A stretch of DNA of 43,692 nucleotides from a virus. The stretch covers positions 1 through 43,692 of IMG/VR virus record IMGVR_UViG_3300045996_000340. One strand, given 5' to 3'. Position numbers and translations under genes: made by a program. Every line of letters begins with the position of its first letter. Position 1 is the stretch's first letter. The notes beneath the pieces are model-generated. The model was not told the origin of the DNA. It worked only from the letters and a program-made list of their open reading frames with translations, and made no database searches. Shown here piece after piece: positions 30,520 to 38,002 of this stretch.

Positions 30520-32931
30520 CTAGAAGCGGTTGGAACGGATGACGAAGTTCCCTTCCCAGCCGGCGTTGACGAAGTTGGCGGGGTACGGGTGGTTGACGAC
30601 GATCTTGATCGTGAGGGCGCCTTTGGCTCGCCCGCGCACGGGGAACTTGAGGGTGCCGGAGCGGAGCTGGTCGTTCCGCTTGGGGGCGGTGATCATCGGA
30701 CCCACGAAGGGGTAGGTCCTGGTGATCCCGTTCTCGGTCGTTACCCGGACCTCGAACCCGGCGGTCTCGGTGTAGTTGACCGCCCAGAAGTTCAGCGTCA
30801 GCTCGCCCTCGGTGATCGGGATCGAGGCTCCGCCCTCCGCACTCTTCTCGCGGACGGTGGGCATCGTGAAGACGTACTCGGCGGTGTAGGGGATGCCGAA
30901 CACGAGGTTGTCGGACGTCAGGTTGACGCCGTTGAAGGTAACCGTCTGCGTCGAGCCGTCCTGCGAGGTAGGCGTGAGGATCTCGCCGGCCGGCTTGTTG
31001 GTCTCGTCACCGTCATAGAGCCGCATCACCGTGACGCTCTTGCCGGTGCCACTCCAGGCGAACGGCAGGGTGAACGTGGTGTTGCCACCGCTATAGGACT
31101 GCTGCATCTGCGAGTGGTTCCGCCGGACCCACAGGTCCAGGTGGGGCATCCAGTCCTGCGCATACGGCGCGGCGTCGGGCTTCAGGTTGATCTCGGCGAC
31201 GTAGTATCGGGAGGTCGAGCCGCGATTGAACAGGATGACCATCTTGTGCTCTAGCGGGGCGACCAGCTCGATGTCGTAGGGGAACTCCCACACGGACCAG
31301 GAGCTTTGGACCTTCTCGCGCCCTTCGACCCTATCGGCCCACTTGTAGGAGTGGACGAACAGCTTCTTCGGGTCGTTGTCCGTCAGGACGAAGAAGATGT
31401 CCTCGGACTTGGCATGGGCGATCCGCCTTGCGTTGCTGTGGACGTACCCCGAGACGTAGTCGGTGATGTCGCTGCCGACGTAGCCCGATCCTGCCTTGTC
31501 CTCGGCGAACTCCCGGATGCCGGTGTCGTTGCCGCGCTGGAAGGCGAAGAAGATCGCGAGGCCCGAGGAGATCGGCTTCGTGTTGATGTTGCAGTCGTAC
31601 TCGGTGACCACCTGGAGGGCAGCCGAGGACGGCGTCAGGGGCTCACCGACCAGCCTGAACTGCACCCGGTCGGAGAACACGATCAGGTCGCCAGCGTGGG
31701 GCACGGCGTGGTAGAGCTTGGCCACCTTGTTGGTTGTGACCGTCACGTCGATCGGATCGGTGTCGAGCGCGGTGGTGACCGTCTTGCGGAAGAAGCTGAA
31801 CGGCCTGCCGATCTCCGAGAGGATCGCGCTCTCGCCTGCTAGGAAGCCCAGGCGGTTGCTGTAGTAGAACACGTCCTCGATCTTCCGGCCGACGAAGCTC
31901 GGCCACGGGTTGGTCGTGGCGTTGCCGGCCGCCCGGTTGGACCAGGTGGCCTGCTTGAAGGTGAACGTGCCGTCGCTCTCGCGGACCAGGATGTGTGGCA
32001 TGGTCGAGGCGTCGAGCTTGTACTCGATGCCCGGCGCCACGCATTCGACCCAGGTGACCTCACCAAGCGCACCCGAGGAGGGTCCGGTAGCCTTGACGTA
32101 GAAGTTGTCGAACCGAGTGCCGGGGTCGCCGGTGATCTCAAGGATCATGTTTCCGAACGCGCGCAGCGGGAGGTCGCCGAAGTTCTGAGTGGACTTGTGG
32201 TGCAGAGCGAGGCCATTACCGCCGATGCCATCCTCGACCCGCAGGGAAAAGTCGGCGCCATCGATGCGCTGAACGAGGAGCTGGTTGGAGCCGCTGGGGT
32301 AGGTCGCCTGCCAGGTGCCGTTCCCGACGATGTCGGTGTTCAGATCAGACGCAATCGCGGTCGTTCGGATGGTGGTAGGGTCGGTGTCCGAGGTGGTGTA
32401 AGAGGCGAAGGCGCTGCCCGTGGAGTTGTTGCGGATCGCGTAGTTGGTGCTGTAGGCACCCTGCTTGACCGTCACCATGGCCCCGTAGAGCCCGGTAGTG
32501 GACAGGGTGCTGTCCTTCGCGACCGTCTTCTTCTTGTTGACGATGAAGGTGTAGTCGCCAACGGTCACAGCACGGAGCTTGTCCTTCGGGTCTTCGGTTC
32601 CGGCGGTGAGGTAGGCGGTGCCATTGGGGGTCGCGACGGTCTTCCAGGTGAGGGTGTTCATGTCCCACACGTTGACCGAGCCATCGCTCTTGATCACCAA
32701 GATGTACCGCTCGGTGCTGTCGCGGTCGATGAAGTGGGTGAATGACCCGGTGCCTGGAGTGACCACGTCAGGCTTGCTATGGAACTGGGCCGGCGGGCGA
32801 TGGGAGAGGCCCTTGACCGTCGACGAGAGCATGTTCACCTGCTTCGCACCCTGGGTCGGGTGGCGCAGGACTTCCGGCTGCTGGGAGACGCCGTTCAGGA
32901 GGTTGGGGATGCTCCCCGAGCTGAGTGCCAT
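30520..32931 (-). CDS. Tail tubular protein B (T7 gp12-like)
   Basis: Internal ATG MALSSGSIPNLLNGVSQQPE.... 803 aa (T7 gp12 is 794 aa). The ATG overlaps the gp11-like stop (TAATG). Confidence 0.9.
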   Translation of the reverse strand: MALSSGSIPNLLNGVSQQPEVLRHPTQGAKQVNMLSSTVKGLSHRPPAQFHSKPDVVTPGTGSFTHFIDRDSTERYILVIKSDGSVNVWDMNTLTWKTVATPNGTAYLTAGTEDPKDKLRAVTVGDYTFIVNKKKTVAKDSTLSTTGLYGAMVTVKQGAYSTNYAIRNNSTGSAFASYTTSDTDPTTIRTTAIASDLNTDIVGNGTWQATYPSGSNQLLVQRIDGADFSLRVEDGIGGNGLALHHKSTQNFGDLPLRAFGNMILEITGDPGTRFDNFYVKATGPSSGALGEVTWVECVAPGIEYKLDASTMPHILVRESDGTFTFKQATWSNRAAGNATTNPWPSFVGRKIEDVFYYSNRLGFLAGESAILSEIGRPFSFFRKTVTTALDTDPIDVTVTTNKVAKLYHAVPHAGDLIVFSDRVQFRLVGEPLTPSSAALQVVTEYDCNINTKPISSGLAIFFAFQRGNDTGIREFAEDKAGSGYVGSDITDYVSGYVHSNARRIAHAKSEDIFFVLTDNDPKKLFVHSYKWADRVEGREKVQSSWSVWEFPYDIELVAPLEHKMVILFNRGSTSRYYVAEINLKPDAAPYAQDWMPHLDLWVRRNHSQMQQSYSGGNTTFTLPFAWSGTGKSVTVMRLYDGDETNKPAGEILTPTSQDGSTQTVTFNGVNLTSDNLVFGIPYTAEYVFTMPTVREKSAEGGASIPITEGELTLNFWAVNYTETAGFEVRVTTENGITRTYPFVGPMITAPKRNDQLRSGTLKFPVRGRAKGALTIKIVVNHPYPANFVNAGWEGNFVIRSNRF

Positions 32932-33566
32932 TAGAAGCCCCCCTGCCTGTCGAGGATGAAGGCCACGTCGTTGCTGTCGAAGATGGAGTAGTCGGCGGTC
33001 TCGCCCTCGGCCTCCCTCAGGGCGGCGTAGGCTTGGAACTCGTCGCGCTCCGTGAAGCCGCGGATGCTCTCCTGGCCGGACAGCATGGCGTTGGCGAACT
33101 GGCGGGCGGCGCGGATCAGGATGTACCAGCGCGCAGCCTCGGGAAGGTCTACGAACTCGTAGCTGCGGACGATGTCGACCTTGATCTCGGACAGGTCGGT
33201 GATCGTGAACGTGTGCGCGTCCTTGTCCCACACCGTCCTGGTGCCGCCATCGTCCCGGACAGTGAACCGGGGGCCAGGCCCCTTGCCGCTCGGGTAGAGC
33301 TTGCGCGGAAAGGTGACCTGCATGGCGTTGACGGGGATGGTGAACTTGTTGGCGGTCGGGGTCAGAGACCACTCGCGGTCGGTGTTGAACTCCCAGCCGT
33401 CCTTCTGGACCTCACGGGTGACCTCGGTGAGGATCGCGAGGGCTTCCTGGATGTCCTCTCGGGCGTCGGCTGCGGCGTTCGTGATGCTGGTCACGCGGGC
33501 GATGCCGATGGTGCTCAGCATTCGGTTCACCGCCTCAAGCTCGGTGGTGTTCGTAGGGTTGGCCAT
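32931..33566 (-). CDS. Tail tubular protein A (T7 gp11-like)
   Basis: 211 aa. The N-terminal TELEAVNRMLSTIG pattern is typical of gp11 homologues. Confidence 0.88.
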   Translation of the reverse strand: MANPTNTTELEAVNRMLSTIGIARVTSITNAAADAREDIQEALAILTEVTREVQKDGWEFNTDREWSLTPTANKFTIPVNAMQVTFPRKLYPSGKGPGPRFTVRDDGGTRTVWDKDAHTFTITDLSEIKVDIVRSYEFVDLPEAARWYILIRAARQFANAMLSGQESIRGFTERDEFQAYAALREAEGETADYSIFDSNDVAFILDRQGGF

Positions 33567-33585
33567 GGCTCGCCTCTGTGAAATG

Positions 33586-33631
33586 CAAAAAAGCAGGCCC
33601 CTCCCTGGGGTTAGCCAGAGAGGGAACCTGC
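33586..33631 (-). terminator. Strong intrinsic terminator directly after the major capsid gene (T7 Tphi-like position)
   Basis: Minus strand GCAGG-TT-CCCTCTCTGG-CTAACC-CCAGGGAGGG-G-CCTGC followed by TTTTTT. Confidence 0.7.
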
Positions 33632-33661
33632 CGGGTTGGGGTAGTCAGGTGGTGAGCTGGA

Positions 33662-34606
33662 CTAGCTCGACTTCACCTCGGCAGCCGCCTCGGGGCGCAG
33701 CACGCCGGAGCCGACGATCATCTTGCTGAGGAGCAGGGTGGCCTGCTTCTCGATGATCCACGCGCTCTCGGACGCGACGTCCATCAGGCGGACGGTGCCG
33801 ATCGCCGACTTGTGGCCGGCCAGGCAGACGGTGGTGCTGAAGTCACCATGGTAGGTGTTGTTCGCACCAGACGGGCTCGACGCGATGTTGGTGACCGGGA
33901 CGTTGTTGGTCTTCACGATCTCCAGGCCGGCGACCTTGAGGACCGTGCCCTCGGCGTAGGCGCCGTTGGCGACGTTCCAGTCGCGGTTCAGGACCTTCGT
34001 GGTCTGGCCGAGCAGGTAGTACTGGGCCGGCTTCACGAAGAGGCAACGGTCCTCGCTCGGGACGTCGTTCTCGTCGAACCGCTGCGCGATGTCGAACGCG
34101 ATCGAGGCCAGGGTCTCGCCGTTGGTGCCGGCGTTCGCGTTGGTGATCGCGTAGCCGTCCGGGGCGTCGTTGCCGAAGATGTCGGTGCCGCGAGCGGCCA
34201 GGGCCAGCACGATCTGGACGGTGCTGTCGAACGAGTTGGCGAGGGCGTCGGCCTGCATCGAGCTGTACATGCTGCGGACGTCGAAGTGGTTCACCAGCTC
34301 ATCCCACTGGGCGATGTAGTTCGAGCTGACCAGCGGGTAGTCGACGCCGATGGTGCGCTCGCCGTGCTTGATCACGCTCTGCGCAACCTCGTTGCCCGGC
34401 GTGACGTAGCCGGCGGTCGCGCGCCAGGTGGCGGGGAACTGAGCGGTCTTGGCACCACCGCCGAGCTGGCGGACCAGGTGCCGGGTGTTCATGACCGACT
34501 TGCGCAGGAAGGCCGTGAGGACCTCGCCAGCGAACTTCTTGAGGAAGAGGGCCAGGGCGTCGCCGGTGGCATTCGCCTGACCGAGGCGGGAAACGGTGTA
34601 GGCCAT
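33662..34606 (-). CDS. Major capsid protein (T7 gp10A-like)
   Basis: Internal ATG MAYTVSRLGQANATGDALALFLKKFAGEVLTAFLRKSVMNTRHLVR...AKTAQFP...NHFDVRSMYSS aligns with T7 10A (GDKLALFLKVFGGEVLTAFARTSV...GKSAQFP...NHYDVRSEYTS). Confidence 0.95.
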   Translation of the reverse strand: MAYTVSRLGQANATGDALALFLKKFAGEVLTAFLRKSVMNTRHLVRQLGGGAKTAQFPATWRATAGYVTPGNEVAQSVIKHGERTIGVDYPLVSSNYIAQWDELVNHFDVRSMYSSMQADALANSFDSTVQIVLALAARGTDIFGNDAPDGYAITNANAGTNGETLASIAFDIAQRFDENDVPSEDRCLFVKPAQYYLLGQTTKVLNRDWNVANGAYAEGTVLKVAGLEIVKTNNVPVTNIASSPSGANNTYHGDFSTTVCLAGHKSAIGTVRLMDVASESAWIIEKQATLLLSKMIVGSGVLRPEAAAEVKSS

Positions 34607-34791
34607 TGGAGTAGTCCTGTGAGACTGGGGTTGGACGGATGTCCGACCGGTCAGCCCCATCAGCCGCCACGCAGGGGTGTCCCGAAGGCCTCTCCCGCGG
34701 GAGAGACAAGCAGCGGGGCCAAGGTGTCTGCTACTGGGCGGTTGGTCGGTCCAGCATGCGCTGGGCAGCCCTCTTACGAGAGGCACTGCTC

Positions 34792-34819
34792 TTGACTCAC
34801 TCACGAGGGAATGTAAACC
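34792..34819 (+). promoter_or_regulatory. Candidate sigma70-type promoter of the plus-strand moron (TTGACT-N16-TAAACC)
   Basis: Read directly. GGAGGG SD at 34845-34850, 7 nt before ATG 34858. Confidence 0.3.
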
Positions 34820-34857
34820 TGGTAAGTTAGGGGGATCGGGAAACGGAGGGTCACCCG

Positions 34858-35469
34858 ATGAAGACAATGCTTCCTCTAGCCCTGGGGGCATTTCTACTGC
34901 TGTCCGCTGGCGAATCTGTACTTGCGGCTGATGTACGTTGCTCAGACGGAATAACGGCCTCCGATGCTCACACTCCCAACCTGACGGTTCGGGCGGATTC
35001 AATTCTCTTTTGCGTCAATGAAGACTCGGATCGAGCGATCCTCTTTTTTCGAGCATCTGCGATGGTGAACCGCAGCTTCCCGGATTACAATTCCGCTCCT
35101 TGGCTAGCATTGAGGGTGTTTGATGATCAGGGGCAAGAGATCTTCGCAGATCCAACCTTTTGGGTGGCGACCGTGGCGCCATGCGGAGGCTATCACCCCC
35201 ATGCAATTGCGGTTCCCCGGAAGTTTGACTTTGAGGAAGCCTACTCAATCGAAGTCCAGCTGACGGGAAATGTTGGTGGGCGGACCAATTGCGGCACTCG
35301 GCCATCGGGATTTTTTGAGGCGGCTTGGTATGACGTGCAAAACAAGGTCGACAAGTGGCGAAGATTAGAGTTCAGCGAAGCCGAAAAGATGGCGATCAAG
35401 GCATACTTTAGTGGCGGAGGCGCGGCGGCAGGGTCGGATGGTGCTGCCCTCGGTGGCGGCGGCTACTGA
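34858..35469 (+). CDS. Exported protein (signal peptide), plus-strand moron inside the structural module
   Basis: MKTMLPLALGAFLLLSAGESVLA / ADVRC.... 4 Cys and a Gly/Ala-rich tail. Strong SD. Visibly AT-richer than the flanks. Opposite strand. Confidence 0.65.
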   Translation: MKTMLPLALGAFLLLSAGESVLAADVRCSDGITASDAHTPNLTVRADSILFCVNEDSDRAILFFRASAMVNRSFPDYNSAPWLALRVFDDQGQEIFADPTFWVATVAPCGGYHPHAIAVPRKFDFEEAYSIEVQLTGNVGGRTNCGTRPSGFFEAAWYDVQNKVDKWRRLEFSEAEKMAIKAYFSGGGAAAGSDGAALGGGGY

Positions 35470-35565
35470 CCCAGGGATAAGGCCGGGTTCCCGCCAGGGA
35501 GGTCCCGGTGATCGCCCACACGTTATGTCGGCTTCGTGCCTGGCTGGGCGGCCCGTTGTCGGGTC

Positions 35566-36246
35566 TTACGAAACGCCGAGGATGGATTTGATGGCGTTGA
35601 CGCACGCCGAGGCGGCGAGCACGTGGCCCGCGGCCGAGGGGTGGACCTTGTCGGCCTGCCAGTGTGCCGTGGGCGTGGTAGGGTTCGAGCCGTCAGCCGT
35701 GAATGCTGCGTCGAGGTCGAACAGCCCACGACCTGAGGGGTTGCCGGCACGCATCCAGGTGTTCACCACCCCGTACTCGTCGATGAACGTGCTCTGAGTG
35801 CCGGGTGACCACGGGAGGACGGTGGTCAGGACAACGTGATCCCAGCCAGCCGAGACGCGGGCGTTGTAGTAGTTAGTCTGGTTCGTCTGCTCGTTCGCTG
35901 CGGTGGTCGTACCGGTGGTCGACAGGTAGTTCGTGCCTTCGAGCATGATCACCATGTTCGTCCGCTGGGCGTCCAGGAGGACGTCGACCGTCGCCGCGGC
36001 GCGCGTCACGAGAGATGGGGTGGTGATGCCGTCCGTGGCCACCTTGGTCATCACCACGTCCCAGCCGAGGGCGACCAGGGCGTCGTAGACCAGGTGCGGG
36101 TAGGCCTGGGTGGTCGGCGAGGCCAGCCCGAAACCGCGGGGGACCGAGTTGCCGTCGAACACGAGGTTGACCGCGGTGGAGAAGGACCGAACCAGGCCCC
36201 GCGTCAGGCTCCGCTTGATGGGGAGGATCAGGGGGCGCTTGTACAT
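35566..36246 (-). CDS. SGNH/GDSL-family hydrolase (esterase/deacetylase)
   Basis: Block I VFDGNSV (GDS-type nucleophile Ser), block III EGTNY, block V DKVHPS (D-x-x-H). 226 aa. Confidence 0.75.
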   Translation of the reverse strand: MYKRPLILPIKRSLTRGLVRSFSTAVNLVFDGNSVPRGFGLASPTTQAYPHLVYDALVALGWDVVMTKVATDGITTPSLVTRAAATVDVLLDAQRTNMVIMLEGTNYLSTTGTTTAANEQTNQTNYYNARVSAGWDHVVLTTVLPWSPGTQSTFIDEYGVVNTWMRAGNPSGRGLFDLDAAFTADGSNPTTPTAHWQADKVHPSAAGHVLAASACVNAIKSILGVS

Positions 36247-36251
36247 CGGCC

Positions 36252-36524
36252 CTACCCCGCGAGGCCGGCGTCAACGGTGCCAGAGGTGATGGTCGCCGAG
36301 AACCGCATCTGCGGCATGGCGGTCACCTGCTGGGCGCCGCTGGCGGAGAACGAGTGAAGGTCGACCCAGCCGAACAGGTCCGAGATGCGGCCCTGGACCT
36401 TCACGGTCGCCGTGGCGGTGATGTCGACCTGGGCGATGACGTAGGGCCGAGCGGCGAAGCTCTGGACGTGCTGAGCGGTGCTGTCGGCGGTGGACGCCTG
36501 CGCAGTGAAGTGGACTTGGTACAT
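36252..36524 (-). CDS. Hypothetical beta-rich protein (90 aa)
   Basis: ORF track. It ends 5 nt before the SGNH gene start. Confidence 0.5.
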   Translation of the reverse strand: MYQVHFTAQASTADSTAQHVQSFAARPYVIAQVDITATATVKVQGRISDLFGWVDLHSFSASGAQQVTAMPQMRFSATITSGTVDAGLAG

Positions 36525-36527
36525 GGC

Positions 36528-36719
36528 TTACTCCGCTGGCTCGCAGAGATCGAGCCATTTGGTGTTGTGGGTGAAGATGCCCCGCTTGGTCTCGTCCGTG
36601 TCCCGGCTCGACCAGGTGATGGGTTGGAAGATCAGGCAAGCGGATGCCGGTGGGTTAGTCCCGCTGGAACTCGCGCATCCGCTGAGCAAGATCACTGAGG
36701 TCAGCAGAAGCCATTTCAC
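36528..36719 (-). CDS. Outer-membrane lipoprotein, o-spanin (Rz1-like) candidate
   Basis: GTG start preceded by GGGGGA. M/VKWLLLTSVILLSGC is a lipoprotein signal with an LSGC lipobox. The short mature part has 2 further Cys. It starts inside the 3' end of the i-spanin-like gene in another frame. Confidence 0.55.
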   Translation of the reverse strand: MKWLLLTSVILLSGCASSSGTNPPASACLIFQPITWSSRDTDETKRGIFTHNTKWLDLCEPAE

Positions 36720-36882
36720 GTTCGATCCCCCGTGCAGCTTGAACTTGCTCAAGGGCCTCCGTGGCATTGGCCAGGCGGACCTCGTTGCGGCCGGACTGCT
36801 TGGCTTGCTCGTGGCGGTACAGCTCGAACAGGCCGGATGCGAACGAGAGGAGAGCCTTGAGGAAGGTCAGGATGGTGGCCAT
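36655..36882 (-). CDS. i-spanin (Rz-like) candidate: N-terminal TM plus charged coiled-coil
   Basis: MATILTFLKALLSFASGLF then a helical, charged region. It overlaps the lipoprotein gene as in Rz/Rz1 pairs. At 75 aa it is short for an i-spanin. Confidence 0.45.
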   Translation of the reverse strand: MATILTFLKALLSFASGLFELYRHEQAKQSGRNEVRLANATEALEQVQAARGIEREMASADLSDLAQRMREFQRD

Positions 36883-36900
36883 GGGCGGCTCCAGAACGCA

Positions 36901-36937
36901 GAAAAGGCCCCCTCCCAGCGTGAGCCAGGAGGGAGCC
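36901..36937 (-). terminator. Stem-loop plus short U-run between the holin-like gene and the spanin-like genes
   Basis: Minus strand GGCTCCCTCCTGG-CTCACG-CTGGGAGGGGGCC then TTTTC. The stem includes G:U pairs. Confidence 0.4.
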
Positions 36938-36961
36938 TCTACGGAACAGGATGGGGTGGAA

Positions 36962-37156
36962 CTACTGGGCCTTCGGCTTGGCGCCGACGAGGGCGGCCAG
37001 CTTGAACACGACGCGGTAGAAGACCGCGACGTACTCGTCGTCCTTCGGGGTCTTGGTTATCTTGGTGATCGCGACCGCGAGCGCCTGGGCGGCGATGACG
37101 ACACCGAGGATGGCCAGGAGGGTTTCCTGGCTGACGTACTGCTCGATGAACTCCAT
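36962..37156 (-). CDS. Holin-like small membrane protein (64 aa)
   Basis: TM segment LLAILGVVIAAQALAVAI, a charged loop, a second amphipathic or hydrophobic stretch and a basic C-terminus. It lies immediately upstream of the spanin-like pair. Confidence 0.45.
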   Translation of the reverse strand: MEFIEQYVSQETLLAILGVVIAAQALAVAITKITKTPKDDEYVAVFYRVVFKLAALVGAKPKAQ

Positions 37157-37163
37157 GGGGAGC

Positions 37164-37183
37164 CCTCCGGGTGAGGGTTAGAA
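37164..37183 (-). promoter_or_regulatory. Weaker promoter-like variant TTCTAACCCTCACCCGGAGG overlapping the scaffold stop
   Basis: It shares TAACCCTCAC with the T3 promoter and CCCTCAC with P1-P3, but the flanks diverge. Confidence 0.25.
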
Positions 37184-37978
37184 AGCGGCGTTGGCGATCT
37201 TGGCGTCGACCATCGCGTGAAAGGCGGGATCACCCGAGATGTACCGGGGGTCGTTCATGTCCCTGGTCATCTCCTGGACGCTCTGGTAGCCGACCGGCTT
37301 GGCGTTGGTCTGACCGGTGACCAGGTTCGGACGGATGCCCTCGGCCGCGGCGAACCGGGCGTGGAGCCCGCTGACGGCGAGCTTGGCCTGGTCCATCGAG
37401 CCCTTGGTGACCGCCTCGTTGTAGGCGGCGATCTCAGCATCGGAGAGGTTGGCGCCGGCCCACTCGGTCATCTTCGCGAAGCTCTCGGTACCGCCCGCCA
37501 GGCTGTAGAGGGCGTTGGCGTTGGCCTCGGCGAGCGCCTTCTGGCCAGCGATGTAGGCGTCGACCATCGGCTTCGGGATGCCGGCCTGCTCCAGGGTCTG
37601 GTAGCTCTCGGGCGCCAGGTCACCCTTCTCGGCGAACTCGGCCGACAGGGCGTCGAAGTTCAGGCCGGCGTTCTGCACCGCCTGCTGCGCCGCATCCGGG
37701 GTCGCCGGGGCCTCGGTGGTCTCGGTGATGACGGCCGGCGTCTCGGTCTTGGATGCGGTGCTCTGGCCGAGCTTGCTCTCCAGGGCCTTGTAGGCGGCCA
37801 GGAGATCCTCGGTCGTCTTGAACTTGCCGCCGATCAGCTCCGCGCCCTGCTGGGGCTGAGGTGCGGGGGCCTCGGGGGCCGCCGTCGATTGGGCGGCCAC
37901 CGTGGTGTTGGCAGGAGGGGCAGCCGGTGCGTCGGCACCCGAGGGGGCACTGACGAGCGTAGCGCTTGCGTAGGTCAT
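37178..37978 (-). CDS. Scaffolding protein (T7 gp9 position)
   Basis: 266 aa, Ala/Glu/Gln-rich, no Cys. It directly follows the portal gene. Confidence 0.75.
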   Translation of the reverse strand: MTYASATLVSAPSGADAPAAPPANTTVAAQSTAAPEAPAPQPQQGAELIGGKFKTTEDLLAAYKALESKLGQSTASKTETPAVITETTEAPATPDAAQQAVQNAGLNFDALSAEFAEKGDLAPESYQTLEQAGIPKPMVDAYIAGQKALAEANANALYSLAGGTESFAKMTEWAGANLSDAEIAAYNEAVTKGSMDQAKLAVSGLHARFAAAEGIRPNLVTGQTNAKPVGYQSVQEMTRDMNDPRYISGDPAFHAMVDAKIANAAF

Positions 37979-37987
37979 TTATCCACC

Positions 37988-38002
37988 CGTGGATTGTTCA
38001 GG
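37988..38002 (-). promoter_or_regulatory. Motif copy CCTGAACAATCCACG abutting the portal stop; forms the palindrome ATCCACCCGTGGAT (37981-37994) with an opposite-strand half copy
   Basis: CTGACCTATCCACC family. Confidence 0.4.

Noticed and set aside
34788-34812. A plus-strand T7-like promoter, because of GACTCACTCACGAGGG (compare T7 GACTCACTATAGGGAG)
   Set aside because: It shares only CTCACTCA with the three conserved 23-mers and lacks their AT-rich block and CCCCC core. A sigma70-type TTGACT/TAAACC reading is at least as good, so it is kept only as a weak possibility.
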